A stretch of 54,486 nt of DNA from Gemmatimonas sp. (lineage in GTDB: Bacteria > Gemmatimonadota > Gemmatimonadetes > Gemmatimonadales > Gemmatimonadaceae). The stretch spans positions 1 through 54,486 of the forward strand of contig JAJKIV010000421.1 in NCBI GenBank assembly GCA_021154285.1. The letters are read 5' to 3'. The position numbers and the translations under genes were made by a program. Shown in pieces: positions 27,436 through 36,275 of the stretch (position 1 is the first letter of the stretch; each line of letters starts with the position of its first letter). The notes under the pieces were generated by a model. It made no database searches and was not told the origin of the DNA. It saw nothing but the letters and a program-made list of their open reading frames with translations.

Positions 27436-28314
27436 TTGAATTCGAGTATGAGCGGGAAAGGCGCGGGATTCTTCGTGAGTGGCGGTCGAGCAGCATGGAT
27501 CCTCATTGCCGCCGTGGTGGTCGTCGCGGCGGCGAGCGTTCTGCTCCTCTCGACGACGGTAAACGCTCGCTACGAGCGCGATGTCTCACGGATGGTGTTC
27601 AACGACAACCTCGACGTGCTCGATGGGATCAAGCGGAAGATCGGCGCCTCGGCCGATACGCTGAAGCAGATCCTCGTCGACAGCACCGAGGCGGCCGCGC
27701 CCGACAGCGTCCCGTACATTGTCGTGAGTATCACGGATCACAGGCTCTGGTACAAACGCGGTGACCAGATTCTGTTCACGACCAGAGTTGCGACAGGTAG
27801 CGGAAAGGTTCTGGCAAAAGGGGGCGGGAACAAATGGAAGTTCGAAACCCCTCGGGGGCGTCTGGTCGTCGAGAGTAAGGAGACTGACCCGATCTGGGTG
27901 CCCCCGGATTGGCACTATGTGGAGATGGCGAAGAAGAAGTCGCTTGGTGTGGTTCACCTCGTTCGAGGGCAGTCGATGAAGCTCGCGGACGGATCGGTGA
28001 TCACCGTCGAAGGAAGCGAGGTCGTGCGAAAGACGGCCGACGGTCAGCTGATCCCGTTCGACGTGGCCGAGGGCAGGGAAATCGTCGTCAACAAGAACAT
28101 CGTCATCCCGCCATTCGGCACCACGCAGCGGAAGTACACCGGGGTGTTGGGAACGAATCGGCTGAACATGGGAGACGGCTACGCGCTGCACGGAACGGAT
28201 GAGCCAACGAGCATCGGCACCTCGGTCAGCCATGGTTGCGTCCGGTTGCGGAACGAAGATATCGAGACCTTGTACCAGATGGTGCCGGTGGGGACGCCGG
28301 TGTACATATACTGA
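27436..28314 (+). CDS. L,D-transpeptidase (YkuD domain)
   Basis: ALHGTDEPTSIGTSVSHGCVRLRNEDI is the canonical catalytic motif (HGC at 28231-28239). N-terminal TM anchor. Confidence 0.85.
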   Translation: MNSSMSGKGAGFFVSGGRAAWILIAAVVVVAAASVLLLSTTVNARYERDVSRMVFNDNLDVLDGIKRKIGASADTLKQILVDSTEAAAPDSVPYIVVSITDHRLWYKRGDQILFTTRVATGSGKVLAKGGGNKWKFETPRGRLVVESKETDPIWVPPDWHYVEMAKKKSLGVVHLVRGQSMKLADGSVITVEGSEVVRKTADGQLIPFDVAEGREIVVNKNIVIPPFGTTQRKYTGVLGTNRLNMGDGYALHGTDEPTSIGTSVSHGCVRLRNEDIETLYQMVPVGTPVYIY

Positions 28315-28522
28315 CCGGTGAGTTAGATCACATCCCGCTTGGGGTCGTTCGGCCACTGCAGCGACCCAGGTCAAGCCTATAGACTACGCCGCATTACCCG
28401 CTCCTCCGTCGCGTTGCGGAGGCTCCTTGTAAAGGGCAGGCCGGTCGGTGTTCGTGGCCGGCACGCAAAGCCGTGAGACGGTGTTCGCGAAGCCGTCAGT
28501 CTGGTTGCCAGGGAGGTCACCG

Positions 28523-29488
28523 ATGCACCACACAAACAGCCGCGCGCTTCGATGGCGTACGATCGCGACATCGTCGCTGATCGCGGCCATGACGATCTCC
28601 GGGACGGCATCGGCGCATCCGCGCTCGCCTGCTCCGGTGCGTCCCGAGACGGTGACGGTTTCGTCAGCCGCCGCCAGCGTGCCCGTCGTTCCGGACTCGC
28701 TGTTCGGTCGCAGCGGCAAGCTCCGGTTCAAGCTGTACAACGCGTCCCGCTTCTTCGCGCTCCCGATCCTCGAGCGCCTCTTCGGCGATCCCGCCGCGGA
28801 GTCCGGGCCCGGCGTGTATCACGCTGCCGAGGACATCATGGGTCGCCCGTTCGCGTTCATCTCGATGATCCCGTTCACCGAGAAGTCGGGCGGGAAGCTC
28901 GGCGACTATCGCGTGGGGTTCTGGCCTAACGAGCGTCATCGCCGCACCGCGCAGGAAGCCTACGAGAATCCGGAAGGCTTCATCGTGGTGACGCCGGAAA
29001 ATCAGGACACGTACGTGTCCGAGCACTTCCGGCTGCGCGACTTTCTCACGCACGACCAGAAGGACGTGTGGCCAAAGTACCTCGTGCTTCGCGAGTCGCT
29101 GGTCGATAAGCTGGAGCTCGTGATCGAGGATCTCGCGGCCCACGGCGTTCGCGTCGAGCACATGGTCGTCATGTCCGGCTTCCGAACCCCGCAGTACAAC
29201 GCGCAGGGTGTCGGGCGCGGCGGTCGGGCGCGCGATAGCCGGCATCAGTTCGGCGACGCCGCGGACGTGTTCGTCGACAACGACGAGAATGGTCGCATGG
29301 ACGACCTCAATCACGATCACCGCATCGACTCGCGCGATGCGCGCGTCATTTTGCAGGCGGTCGAGCGCGTGGAGCGCGCGCATCCAGAGCTGGCCGGCGG
29401 TGCCGGCCTGTACCGGGCGACCAGGGCGCACGGCCCGTTCGCGCACGTCGATACCCGCGGCGAGCGGGCGAGGTGGGGCAGGTCGTGA
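28523..29488 (+). CDS. peptidase M15A (DUF882 / MepK-like murein LD-endopeptidase family), paralogue 1
   Basis: GGGAGG SD at 28511-28516 and ATG at 28523. Signal peptide. SGFRTPQYN...SRHQFGDAADV...FAHVDTRG are the Zn ligands of M15A. Confidence 0.75.
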   Translation: MHHTNSRALRWRTIATSSLIAAMTISGTASAHPRSPAPVRPETVTVSSAAASVPVVPDSLFGRSGKLRFKLYNASRFFALPILERLFGDPAAESGPGVYHAAEDIMGRPFAFISMIPFTEKSGGKLGDYRVGFWPNERHRRTAQEAYENPEGFIVVTPENQDTYVSEHFRLRDFLTHDQKDVWPKYLVLRESLVDKLELVIEDLAAHGVRVEHMVVMSGFRTPQYNAQGVGRGGRARDSRHQFGDAADVFVDNDENGRMDDLNHDHRIDSRDARVILQAVERVERAHPELAGGAGLYRATRAHGPFAHVDTRGERARWGRS

Positions 29489-30540
29489 CGGGAGAGCAGC
29501 AACCCCGCGCACAGGCCGTCCGCCGGGCACCCCGCCTGGCGTCGCAGCTGGCGTCACTCGGCGTCTTCGGCTCTGCCGCGTTAGGCGTCGTACAGTTCTA
29601 CCACCCGCCGCGTCAGTTCATCGAGAGTCGCGGCGAAGTTGTGATCGCCGACAGCACCGGTGGCCCGCTCGCCCTGGCATCGCGCAACGCGTTCGGGAGG
29701 AGTGGGGAGGTGCGCGTCCTGTTCGCGCTGCCAGGCGACCCCGTCGTGTACCCGATGGAGCTCCGCAGTGACCCGGCGCAAATGATGTACGCCTGGGTTC
29801 CGTTCGCCGACACCGGCGCCATCCAGGCGCTGCCGGCGGACGCCACGCGTCCGTTAGAGCCTCGCTTCGAGGCGCCCAGCAAGCCGGGGTTCTATCGGCT
29901 CGCGCTCGTGAAGGGGCAGGAGCACGTCATCGTCGACGGGCCGGCGCTCTCGGTCATGGTGCCGTTCGCGGCCAAGCTTGGCAGCACGCTCAACGGCTAT
30001 CGCATCGGCACCTACCTCGCGGAGCGCCTTGGCAAGCGGACAGACGAGCCGGCGCCTCCGGGCTTCGTCCAGATCGACGAGGACAAGCTCGATCTTCCGC
30101 TCACGAAGCATCTCCGCCTGTCCGATTTCGTGACGCATGACGACCAGGAGAGCTGGCCGCGTTATGCAGCCCTCGATGCGCGCCTGCTCGACAAGATCGA
30201 GCTCGTCGTCGCGGAGATCGGTAAGTTGAGCGGCAAGGGGGACGACGCCTCGTTCGAGCTGGACGTACACTCTGGCTTCCGCACGCCGCTCCACAACCGG
30301 CGCGTGAAGCGGGCGGCGCGCGATAGCCGGCACCAATACGGTGACGCCGCCGACATCGCCATCGACAGCAACGGCGACGGACGGATCACGTTCGCGGATA
30401 CGCGGCTGATAGCCCGCGCCGTCGAGGTGGTGGAACAGGAACACCCCGATCTCGTCGGGGGCATGGGACTCTACAACCGTGGCAGCGCCTCGTATGTTCA
30501 CATCGATGCCCGCGGACAACGGGCCCGATGGCGAGGCTAA
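29473..30540 (+). CDS. peptidase M15A (DUF882 / MepK-like), paralogue 2
   Basis: SGFRTPLHN...SRHQYGDAADI...YVHIDARG. Same architecture as the preceding gene. The start is 29473 or GTG 29485 (GTGA overlap). Confidence 0.75.
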   Translation: MGQVVTGEQQPRAQAVRRAPRLASQLASLGVFGSAALGVVQFYHPPRQFIESRGEVVIADSTGGPLALASRNAFGRSGEVRVLFALPGDPVVYPMELRSDPAQMMYAWVPFADTGAIQALPADATRPLEPRFEAPSKPGFYRLALVKGQEHVIVDGPALSVMVPFAAKLGSTLNGYRIGTYLAERLGKRTDEPAPPGFVQIDEDKLDLPLTKHLRLSDFVTHDDQESWPRYAALDARLLDKIELVVAEIGKLSGKGDDASFELDVHSGFRTPLHNRRVKRAARDSRHQYGDAADIAIDSNGDGRITFADTRLIARAVEVVEQEHPDLVGGMGLYNRGSASYVHIDARGQRARWRG

Positions 30541-30543
30541 CTC

Positions 30544-30954
30544 ATGAACCAGTTCCTGCGCGACCGCATCCTCCGAAAGCTCGACACTCTCTCGGATGAG
30601 CGCGCGTACCAGGTGCTCGACTTCGTCGAGTTCCTGGAATCCAAGTACGCCGAGCGGCAGAACCCGTCGGCCAACGTCTTCCAGCGATTCGCGGAGACGG
30701 TAGAAGACAAGCTGCGCGCGGGACGCGTCTCGGCCGCCACGATCTCCGAGACGATGAGCCTCATGAACAAGGCGATGGGCGTCCTCAGCGGCGTCGCCGC
30801 GGCTGGCAAGTCTGTTGCGAACGACATTGTCGGCGCAGCGAGCAGCCTCACGACTCCGTCGGCACCGTTGACCGATGGCGCTGCGCCGGTGCCTCCTGCG
30901 GACGCGGAACGGCCGGCAGGGGCGCTTCCACCGCCAGCAGGGGAGCCACGGTGA
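30544..30954 (+). CDS. hypothetical protein (DUF2281-like N-terminus, low-complexity C-terminus)
   Basis: 136 aa. ERAYQVLDFVEFLESKY resembles the DUF2281 helix. The A/G/P-rich tail has coding-like codon bias. Confidence 0.45.
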   Translation: MNQFLRDRILRKLDTLSDERAYQVLDFVEFLESKYAERQNPSANVFQRFAETVEDKLRAGRVSAATISETMSLMNKAMGVLSGVAAAGKSVANDIVGAASSLTTPSAPLTDGAAPVPPADAERPAGALPPPAGEPR

Positions 30955-31427
30955 CGAGAGCAGCGGAAGGTAGAGGCGAGCAACGTCGCGGTCGTTCACG
31001 GCGCGAGGTTCGCTCAGCGGCCCGACTCGAGGTCGGCGAGCAGCCACGCACGGGCGCCAAGCGCACCGTGATGGATACCATTCGCCAACTGCCCAACTAT
31101 GTGCGCCTGCTCTTCGGGCTGCTGCGCGACCGGCGAGTCGCAACCGTCGACAAGTTGCTCGTCGGAGCGGCGATCGCGTACATCATCGCGCCGGTGGATC
31201 TCATTCCTGACTGGATCCCGTTTCTCGGCGAAGTCGACGACGTGTTTCTGCTCGTGACCGCGCTGCAGCGGTTGATCGCGAACGCGGGCCGGCCGGTCGT
31301 CATGCAATACTGGATCGGCGACCCCGCCGAGCTTGGCGCGATGAATCTGCGGAACGTGCTCACCGCCGCGGCGTTCTTCCTCCCGCGCCGTCTCCGCCGA
31401 CGCCTGAGGACGATCGGACGCGCCTAG
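30951..31427 (+). CDS. YkvA/DUF1232-family membrane protein
   Basis: AYIIAPVDLIPDWIPFLGEVDDVFLLVTAL is the DUF1232 signature. GTGA overlap with the upstream stop. Confidence 0.7.
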   Translation: MTRAAEGRGEQRRGRSRREVRSAARLEVGEQPRTGAKRTVMDTIRQLPNYVRLLFGLLRDRRVATVDKLLVGAAIAYIIAPVDLIPDWIPFLGEVDDVFLLVTALQRLIANAGRPVVMQYWIGDPAELGAMNLRNVLTAAAFFLPRRLRRRLRTIGRA

Positions 31428-31436
31428 ACCCTCTTC

Positions 31437-31465
31437 AGCGCCGCTGGACATGCTCCGGCGGCGCT
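31437..31465 (+). terminator. candidate stem-loop terminator after the DUF1232 gene
   Basis: AGCGCCGC (31437-31444) pairs with GCGGCGCT (31458-31465) across a 13-nt loop. It is followed by a T-containing tract (TCTACGTTTCG). Weak. Confidence 0.35.
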
Positions 31466-31478
31466 TCTACGTTTCGCT

Positions 31479-33032
31479 ATGGCAACCTCGACTCGATCCA
31501 ATTCACGGCCCGCTCGCCCGACCAAGTCGGACAGCGGGCCGGTGCGTTTTGATGACCCGCGTCCGCATGGCAGCGAACGCGTTCGGACGGACGTCGCACT
31601 GACCTTCGATGACGTCCTGCTCGTTCCTCGACACTCGGTCGTTCACCCGAAGGACGTGAGCACGAAGTCGCGCTTCACGCGCGGGATCGAGCTGAATGTC
31701 CCGCTCATCGCGGCGGCGATGGACACCGTCACCGAGTCGGACATGGCGATCGCGATGGCGCGCGCCGGCGGCATCGGCGTGCTGCACAAGAACATGTCCA
31801 TCGACCGTCAGGCCGCTGAAGTCGACCGCGTCAAGCGCTCCGAGAGTGGGATGATCCTCAATCCCATCAAGCTTTCTCCCGACGCGACGCTGCGCGAAGC
31901 CGTGAGCCTGATGAGCCGCTTCAAGATCTCCGGGCTCCCGATCGTCGACGGCGATGACCATCTCGTCGGGATCATCACCAATCGCGACCTGCAGTTCGAG
32001 CGAAGTCTCGATCGGCCCGTGCGCGAGGCGATGACGTCCTCCGGCCTGATCACGGCACCGGTTGGCACGACGCTCGAAGAAGCGGAACGGATTCTTGGCG
32101 AGCATCGCATCGAGAAGCTTCCAGTGGTAGACGCGAACGGGAAGCTCAAGGGGCTCGTGACGGTGAAAGACATTCACAAGCGCCGGCAGTACCCTAACGC
32201 GAACAAGGACCACCACGGGCGACTCCGCGTCGCGGCGGCCATCGGCGCGTCACGTCGCGATATGGACCGCGCGAAAGCGCTGATCGACGCCGGGGCCGAC
32301 GTCCTCGTCATCGACACCGCGCACGGTCACAGCGATGGCGTCCTGCAGGCCACTGCCGCCGTGCGTGAGGCCTTCCCGGATATCCAGCTCGTCGTCGGTA
32401 ACGTGGGGTCACGCGAAGGTGCGCGGGCCCTCGTGGACCGCGGCGTCGACGCGGTGAAGGTTGGGGTGGGACCGGGCTCGATCTGCACCACGCGCGTTGT
32501 CACGGGTGTCGGCGTTCCGCAGCTCACCGCGATCTTCGATGCGGTCGACGGGGCCGGTGACATTCCGGTCATCGCGGATGGCGGGATCAAGTACTCGGGC
32601 GACATCGTGAAAGCGCTGGCTGCCGGCGCGTCGAGCGTCATGATGGGGTCGATGCTTGCGGGCACCGAGGAGAGCCCCGGAGAGTCGATCCTACTCGAGG
32701 GGCGGCGCTTCAAGATGATCCGGGGCATGGGAAGCCTGAGCGCGATGCAGGACGGCAGCGCCGATCGGTACTTCCAGGAAGGCGAGATGTCACCGAAGAA
32801 GCTCGTCCCCGAGGGTATCGAGGGCCGCGTTCCGTACAAGGGCCCCGTTGCCGACGTGTTATTCCAGATGGTGGGCGGACTTCGGAGTGGCATGGGCTAC
32901 GTCGGCTGCGGCTCGATCGACGAGCTGCGCACCTGCAGCCAGTTCGTGCGCATCACGACGGCCGGTCTTCGCGAATCCCACCCGCATGATGTGGTGATCA
33001 CGCGGGAAGCGCCTAACTACTCGAGGGAATAG
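31479..33032 (+). CDS. guaB: IMP dehydrogenase
   Basis: [10 protein letters not shown], a CBS pair, [11 protein letters not shown] (catalytic Cys loop) and GGIKYSGD. 517 aa with a short N-terminal extension. Confidence 0.92.
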   Translation: MATSTRSNSRPARPTKSDSGPVRFDDPRPHGSERVRTDVALTFDDVLLVPRHSVVHPKDVSTKSRFTRGIELNVPLIAAAMDTVTESDMAIAMARAGGIGVLHKNMSIDRQAAEVDRVKRSESGMILNPIKLSPDATLREAVSLMSRFKISGLPIVDGDDHLVGIITNRDLQFERSLDRPVREAMTSSGLITAPVGTTLEEAERILGEHRIEKLPVVDANGKLKGLVTVKDIHKRRQYPNANKDHHGRLRVAAAIGASRRDMDRAKALIDAGADVLVIDTAHGHSDGVLQATAAVREAFPDIQLVVGNVGSREGARALVDRGVDAVKVGVGPGSICTTRVVTGVGVPQLTAIFDAVDGAGDIPVIADGGIKYSGDIVKALAAGASSVMMGSMLAGTEESPGESILLEGRRFKMIRGMGSLSAMQDGSADRYFQEGEMSPKKLVPEGIEGRVPYKGPVADVLFQMVGGLRSGMGYVGCGSIDELRTCSQFVRITTAGLRESHPHDVVITREAPNYSRE

Positions 33033-33160
33033 AGGCGACTGGCGGCTGGCAGCTAGAAAGCAGAACCCTCGGGAGGCCTCTCTATTCGAGATGAACATCC
33101 CGAGGGTTTCCGCATCCTCCCCGTCGCCCGTCGCCAGTCGCCAGCCGCCCGTTAGTTCTG
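33033..33160. repeat. intergenic nested-hairpin element E built from GGCG(A/G)CT units, downstream of guaB
   Basis: Outer arms 33034-33050 (GGCGACTGGCGGCTGGC) and 33133-33149 (GCCAGTCGCCAGCCGCC) pair at ~15 of 17 positions in register. The inner perfect 11-bp stem is AACCCTCGGGA 33064-33074 with TCCCGAGGGTT 33098-33108. A CGTTAGTTCT box follows at 33150-33159. Confidence 0.8.
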
Positions 33161-33300
33161 ACACATGTGCGAGCCCCTGACGTCGCCTTGACAAGGCTCT
33201 GAGCCCCGTCCCACCTTCCCGCGCGGTTTTTGGGTCATCATCCGGCGTATTCCGAATCGAGATAGCCGGCTCACCGAATCACCGATCGCGGAGACAGCGC

Positions 33301-34845
33301 ATGGGCTTATGGTCCAAAAAGAGCGTGGAGTACCTCCAGAGCGAAGCATCGCTCGAGGGTGAACATACCCTCAAACGGTCGCTTGGAGCTCTCAACCTCA
33401 CCCTCCTCGGCATCGGCGCGATCATCGGCGCCGGTATTTTCGTCCTGACCGGAACGGCGGCGGCCCAGTACGCGGGGCCTGCCATCGTCCTGTCGTTCGT
33501 GCTTGCGGGGCTGGGGTGCCTTTTCGCGGGCCTCTGCTACGCAGAATTCGCATCGATGATCCCGATCGCCGGGAGCGCCTACACGTACGGCTACGCGACG
33601 CTCGGTGAGTTCATCGCCTGGATCATTGGCTGGGACCTGATCCTCGAGTACCTCTTTGCGGCAGCCACGGTGGCGGTGGGATGGTCCGGCTACTTCGCCG
33701 AGTTCATGGGACAGATCGGTATCCACATCCCGCGCCAGTTCACGTCCGCACCGTTCGGCGTGGAGGGCACGCACAATCTGATACCATCGGTTCTATGCGT
33801 GAACCCGGCGAACAACGAGCTCATTACCGGTGCATGCGACCTGACAAAGTATCAGCAGATCCACGGCGTGTTGAACATCCCCGCCATGGCGCTCGTCGCG
33901 ATTCTCACGCTGCTGCTGGTGGTCGGCATTCAGGAGTCCGCCCGCTTCAACAACATCGTCGTCTTCGTCAAGATCGCGATCGTCATTCTCGTGATCACGT
34001 TCGGCTTCGCATACGTCAACTCGGCGAACTGGCACCCGTTCATTCCGGCGAACACCGGTGAGTTCGGGCATTATGGATGGAGCGGTATTGTCCGCGCGTC
34101 GGGCGTGATCTTCTTCGCCTACATCGGGTTCGACGCCGTATCCACTGCCGCACAGGAAGCGAAGAATCCGCAACGAGACTTGCCCATCGGTATTCTCGGG
34201 TCGCTCGCGATCTGTACCGTGCTTTACATCCTGATGGCGCTCGTCATGACGGGGCTGGCACCGTATCAGGAGCTGAACGTTCCGCACCCGGTGTTCGTCG
34301 CGATCGAGCATGCAGGTCCGCCGCTCCGTTGGCTCACCTACCTGATCAACGTCGGCGCTATCGCCGGACTGGCGTCCGTCGTCCTCGTCATGCTCCTCGG
34401 CCAGCCGCGCATCTTCTACTCGATGGCGCGCGATGGCCTACTCCCGCCGATGTTCTCGAAGGTGCACCCGAAGTATCGCACGCCGTATCTGGCGACGATC
34501 ATCACGGGAAGCGTCGCGATGGTGGTTGCGGGTCTGTTCCCGATCGGATTGCTCGGCGAGCTCGTCTCCATCGGAACGCTGCTGGCATTCGTGATCGTCA
34601 GCGCAGGCATTCTCGTACTGCGCTACCGGTCCCCGGATCTCCATCGGCCGTTCCGCACGCCGTTCGTCCCGGTCGTTCCGATCCTGGCGATTCTCATCTG
34701 CGGCTACATGATGAGTTACCTCCCGATCGACACCTGGTACCGACTCCTCATTTGGCTTGCGATCGGTTTCCTCATCTACTTCGGCTACGGCCGCACGCAC
34801 TCTCGCGCGGGTCGCGGCGACATGACGCCGGCAAGAGCGCGCTGA
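33301..34845 (+). CDS. APC-superfamily amino acid permease (cationic amino acid transporter-like)
   Basis: 514 aa with about 13-14 TM helices. The N-terminal motif LGALNLTLLGIGAIIGAGIFVLTG is typical of the APC/CAT subfamily. Confidence 0.9.
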   Translation: MGLWSKKSVEYLQSEASLEGEHTLKRSLGALNLTLLGIGAIIGAGIFVLTGTAAAQYAGPAIVLSFVLAGLGCLFAGLCYAEFASMIPIAGSAYTYGYATLGEFIAWIIGWDLILEYLFAAATVAVGWSGYFAEFMGQIGIHIPRQFTSAPFGVEGTHNLIPSVLCVNPANNELITGACDLTKYQQIHGVLNIPAMALVAILTLLLVVGIQESARFNNIVVFVKIAIVILVITFGFAYVNSANWHPFIPANTGEFGHYGWSGIVRASGVIFFAYIGFDAVSTAAQEAKNPQRDLPIGILGSLAICTVLYILMALVMTGLAPYQELNVPHPVFVAIEHAGPPLRWLTYLINVGAIAGLASVVLVMLLGQPRIFYSMARDGLLPPMFSKVHPKYRTPYLATIITGSVAMVVAGLFPIGLLGELVSIGTLLAFVIVSAGILVLRYRSPDLHRPFRTPFVPVVPILAILICGYMMSYLPIDTWYRLLIWLAIGFLIYFGYGRTHSRAGRGDMTPARAR

Positions 34846-34860
34846 GCACGTGATACTGAT

Positions 34861-34888
34861 GCGGGCGGTGCCGGTGCGCACCGCCCGC
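34861..34888 (+). terminator. GC-rich stem-loop after the amino acid permease gene
   Basis: In GCGGGCGGTGC-CGGTGC(loop)-...GCACCGCCCGC, positions 34861-34871 pair with 34878-34888 (11 bp). Confidence 0.55.
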
Positions 34889-34907
34889 CACGAGGGGTTA
34901 TCTTAGT

Positions 34908-34934
34908 GGCGGCGCCTACTTTGGGCGCCGCTTT
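34908..34934 (+). terminator. second stem-loop with T-tract (intrinsic terminator candidate)
   Basis: GGCGGCGCC (34908-34916), loop TACTTTG, GGCGCCGC (34924-34931), followed by TTTC. Confidence 0.55.
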
Positions 34935-34956
34935 CGCGTTCCCCTGACCGCCGGTC

Positions 34957-36009
34957 GTGCAACCATCGGATCTCATTAAGCCACCCGCTCACAGACAGGC
35001 CGCAATCGAGCGACTCGTCGCCGAGCTGCATGCGGGCCAGCGAGTCGTCCTGTCGACGCACATGAACGCCGATGGCGACGCATGTGGTTCCGTTGCAGGT
35101 CTGGCTCGATTGCTCCGCCAGCTCGGGATCGAGTCCCGCATCGTCAATCCGACGCCGTGGCCGGCCACGTTTTCATTCTTGCTAGGCGACGACCTCATCG
35201 ATCACACCGCGAAAGGCGCGGCGGCGTTGGCGCCGCTGGACGCTCTCATTGTGCTCGATGTCAGTGACGTGAAGCGGTTGGGCGGTCTGGCTGACGCGGT
35301 GCGTAGGCTCGACGTTCCGCGCCTCGTGATCGACCATCACATCGCGTCCGATGAGCCGGCTGGCGACGTGATGTTTTCCGATACGACAGCCTGCGCCACG
35401 GGCGAGCTCGTCTTCGACTTCGCCTCGGTTGTTGGGCTCGAGCTTACGGAGCCAATCGCAACCGCGCTCTACGCCGCGATCCTCACGGACACGGGCGGCT
35501 TTCGATTCAGCAACACGACGCCGCGCGCACATGCCATCGCCGGCCAGTTGCTCGCCGCCGGTGTCGACCCGGAGGAGATGTACCGGCGAATCTATGCGTC
35601 GGTATCCCCCGGAAGACTCGCACTTCTTCGCGACGCACTGAGCACGCTCGAGGTCGATCGCGACTACGGCATTGCGTGGATCTCGGTCCCGGCGGACGCG
35701 CTCGACCGCTACGACGTCAGCTCCGAGGACCTCGAGGGCATTGTCGAGCACCCGCGCTCCATCTCCGGCACGCGACTGGCCATCTTCTTTCGCGATCTCG
35801 GCTACGGGAAGGTGAAGGTGTCGTTCCGCAGCACTGGCGACGTGGACGTGAATCGTTTTGCGCGCCAATTCGGAGGCGGCGGCCACGCGAAGGCAGCGGG
35901 GGCGTTGATCCCCGGCTCGATGGAAGATGTGCGTCTACGCGTCATCTCGGCCGCGCGCGCGTTTGTCTCCAACGGCGCCGGCCCGTCGGCCAAGGAGGCG
36001 TTGGCTTGA
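34957..36009 (+). CDS. nrnA: bifunctional oligoribonuclease / pAp phosphatase (DHH-DHHA1)
   Basis: Carries HMNADGDACGS, VIDHH, LTDTGGFRF and the GGGH DHHA1 motif. Confidence 0.85.
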   Translation: MQPSDLIKPPAHRQAAIERLVAELHAGQRVVLSTHMNADGDACGSVAGLARLLRQLGIESRIVNPTPWPATFSFLLGDDLIDHTAKGAAALAPLDALIVLDVSDVKRLGGLADAVRRLDVPRLVIDHHIASDEPAGDVMFSDTTACATGELVFDFASVVGLELTEPIATALYAAILTDTGGFRFSNTTPRAHAIAGQLLAAGVDPEEMYRRIYASVSPGRLALLRDALSTLEVDRDYGIAWISVPADALDRYDVSSEDLEGIVEHPRSISGTRLAIFFRDLGYGKVKVSFRSTGDVDVNRFARQFGGGGHAKAAGALIPGSMEDVRLRVISAARAFVSNGAGPSAKEALA

Positions 36010-36275
36010 TGTTCATGAAGGATGGCGATCACGACGTCGACGGTCGCATTCGTGAAACGCTCGTCGATCTCCGTCCATTGCTCCACATCGACGAAGCGAC
36101 CGTCGAGCTGGTGAGCTTCGAGGAGCAGACTGGCACGGCGCTCCTGCGCGTCGAAGGCGATTGTCCCGATTGCGAGATGTCGGCCGCCAACATGATCGAA
36201 GGGATCGCTGCCCATCTCCGCGCCCGCGTTCCCGAAGTGAAAGACGTGCGTCGGATCGAGCCAAACGATCGATGA
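36009..36275 (+). CDS. NifU-like (Nfu C-terminal domain) Fe-S scaffold protein
   Basis: 88 aa. Carries IRETLVDLRPLLHIDEATVELV...GDCPDCEMS (CxxC). The start overlaps the nrnA stop (TGATG). Confidence 0.75.
   Translation: MFMKDGDHDVDGRIRETLVDLRPLLHIDEATVELVSFEEQTGTALLRVEGDCPDCEMSAANMIEGIAAHLRARVPEVKDVRRIEPNDR

Noticed and set aside
29854-31143. 429-aa minus-strand ORF across M15A paralogue 2 and the following small genes
   Set aside because: It is antisense to a gene with intact M15A zinc motifs. The composition is Arg/Ala-rich.
33186-33196. TTGACA within CCTTGACAAGG, considered as a sigma-70 -35 box for the permease gene
   Set aside because: No acceptable -10 hexamer lies 16-19 nt downstream. 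The promoter consensus of this lineage is unknown. I kept it only as a low-interest note.
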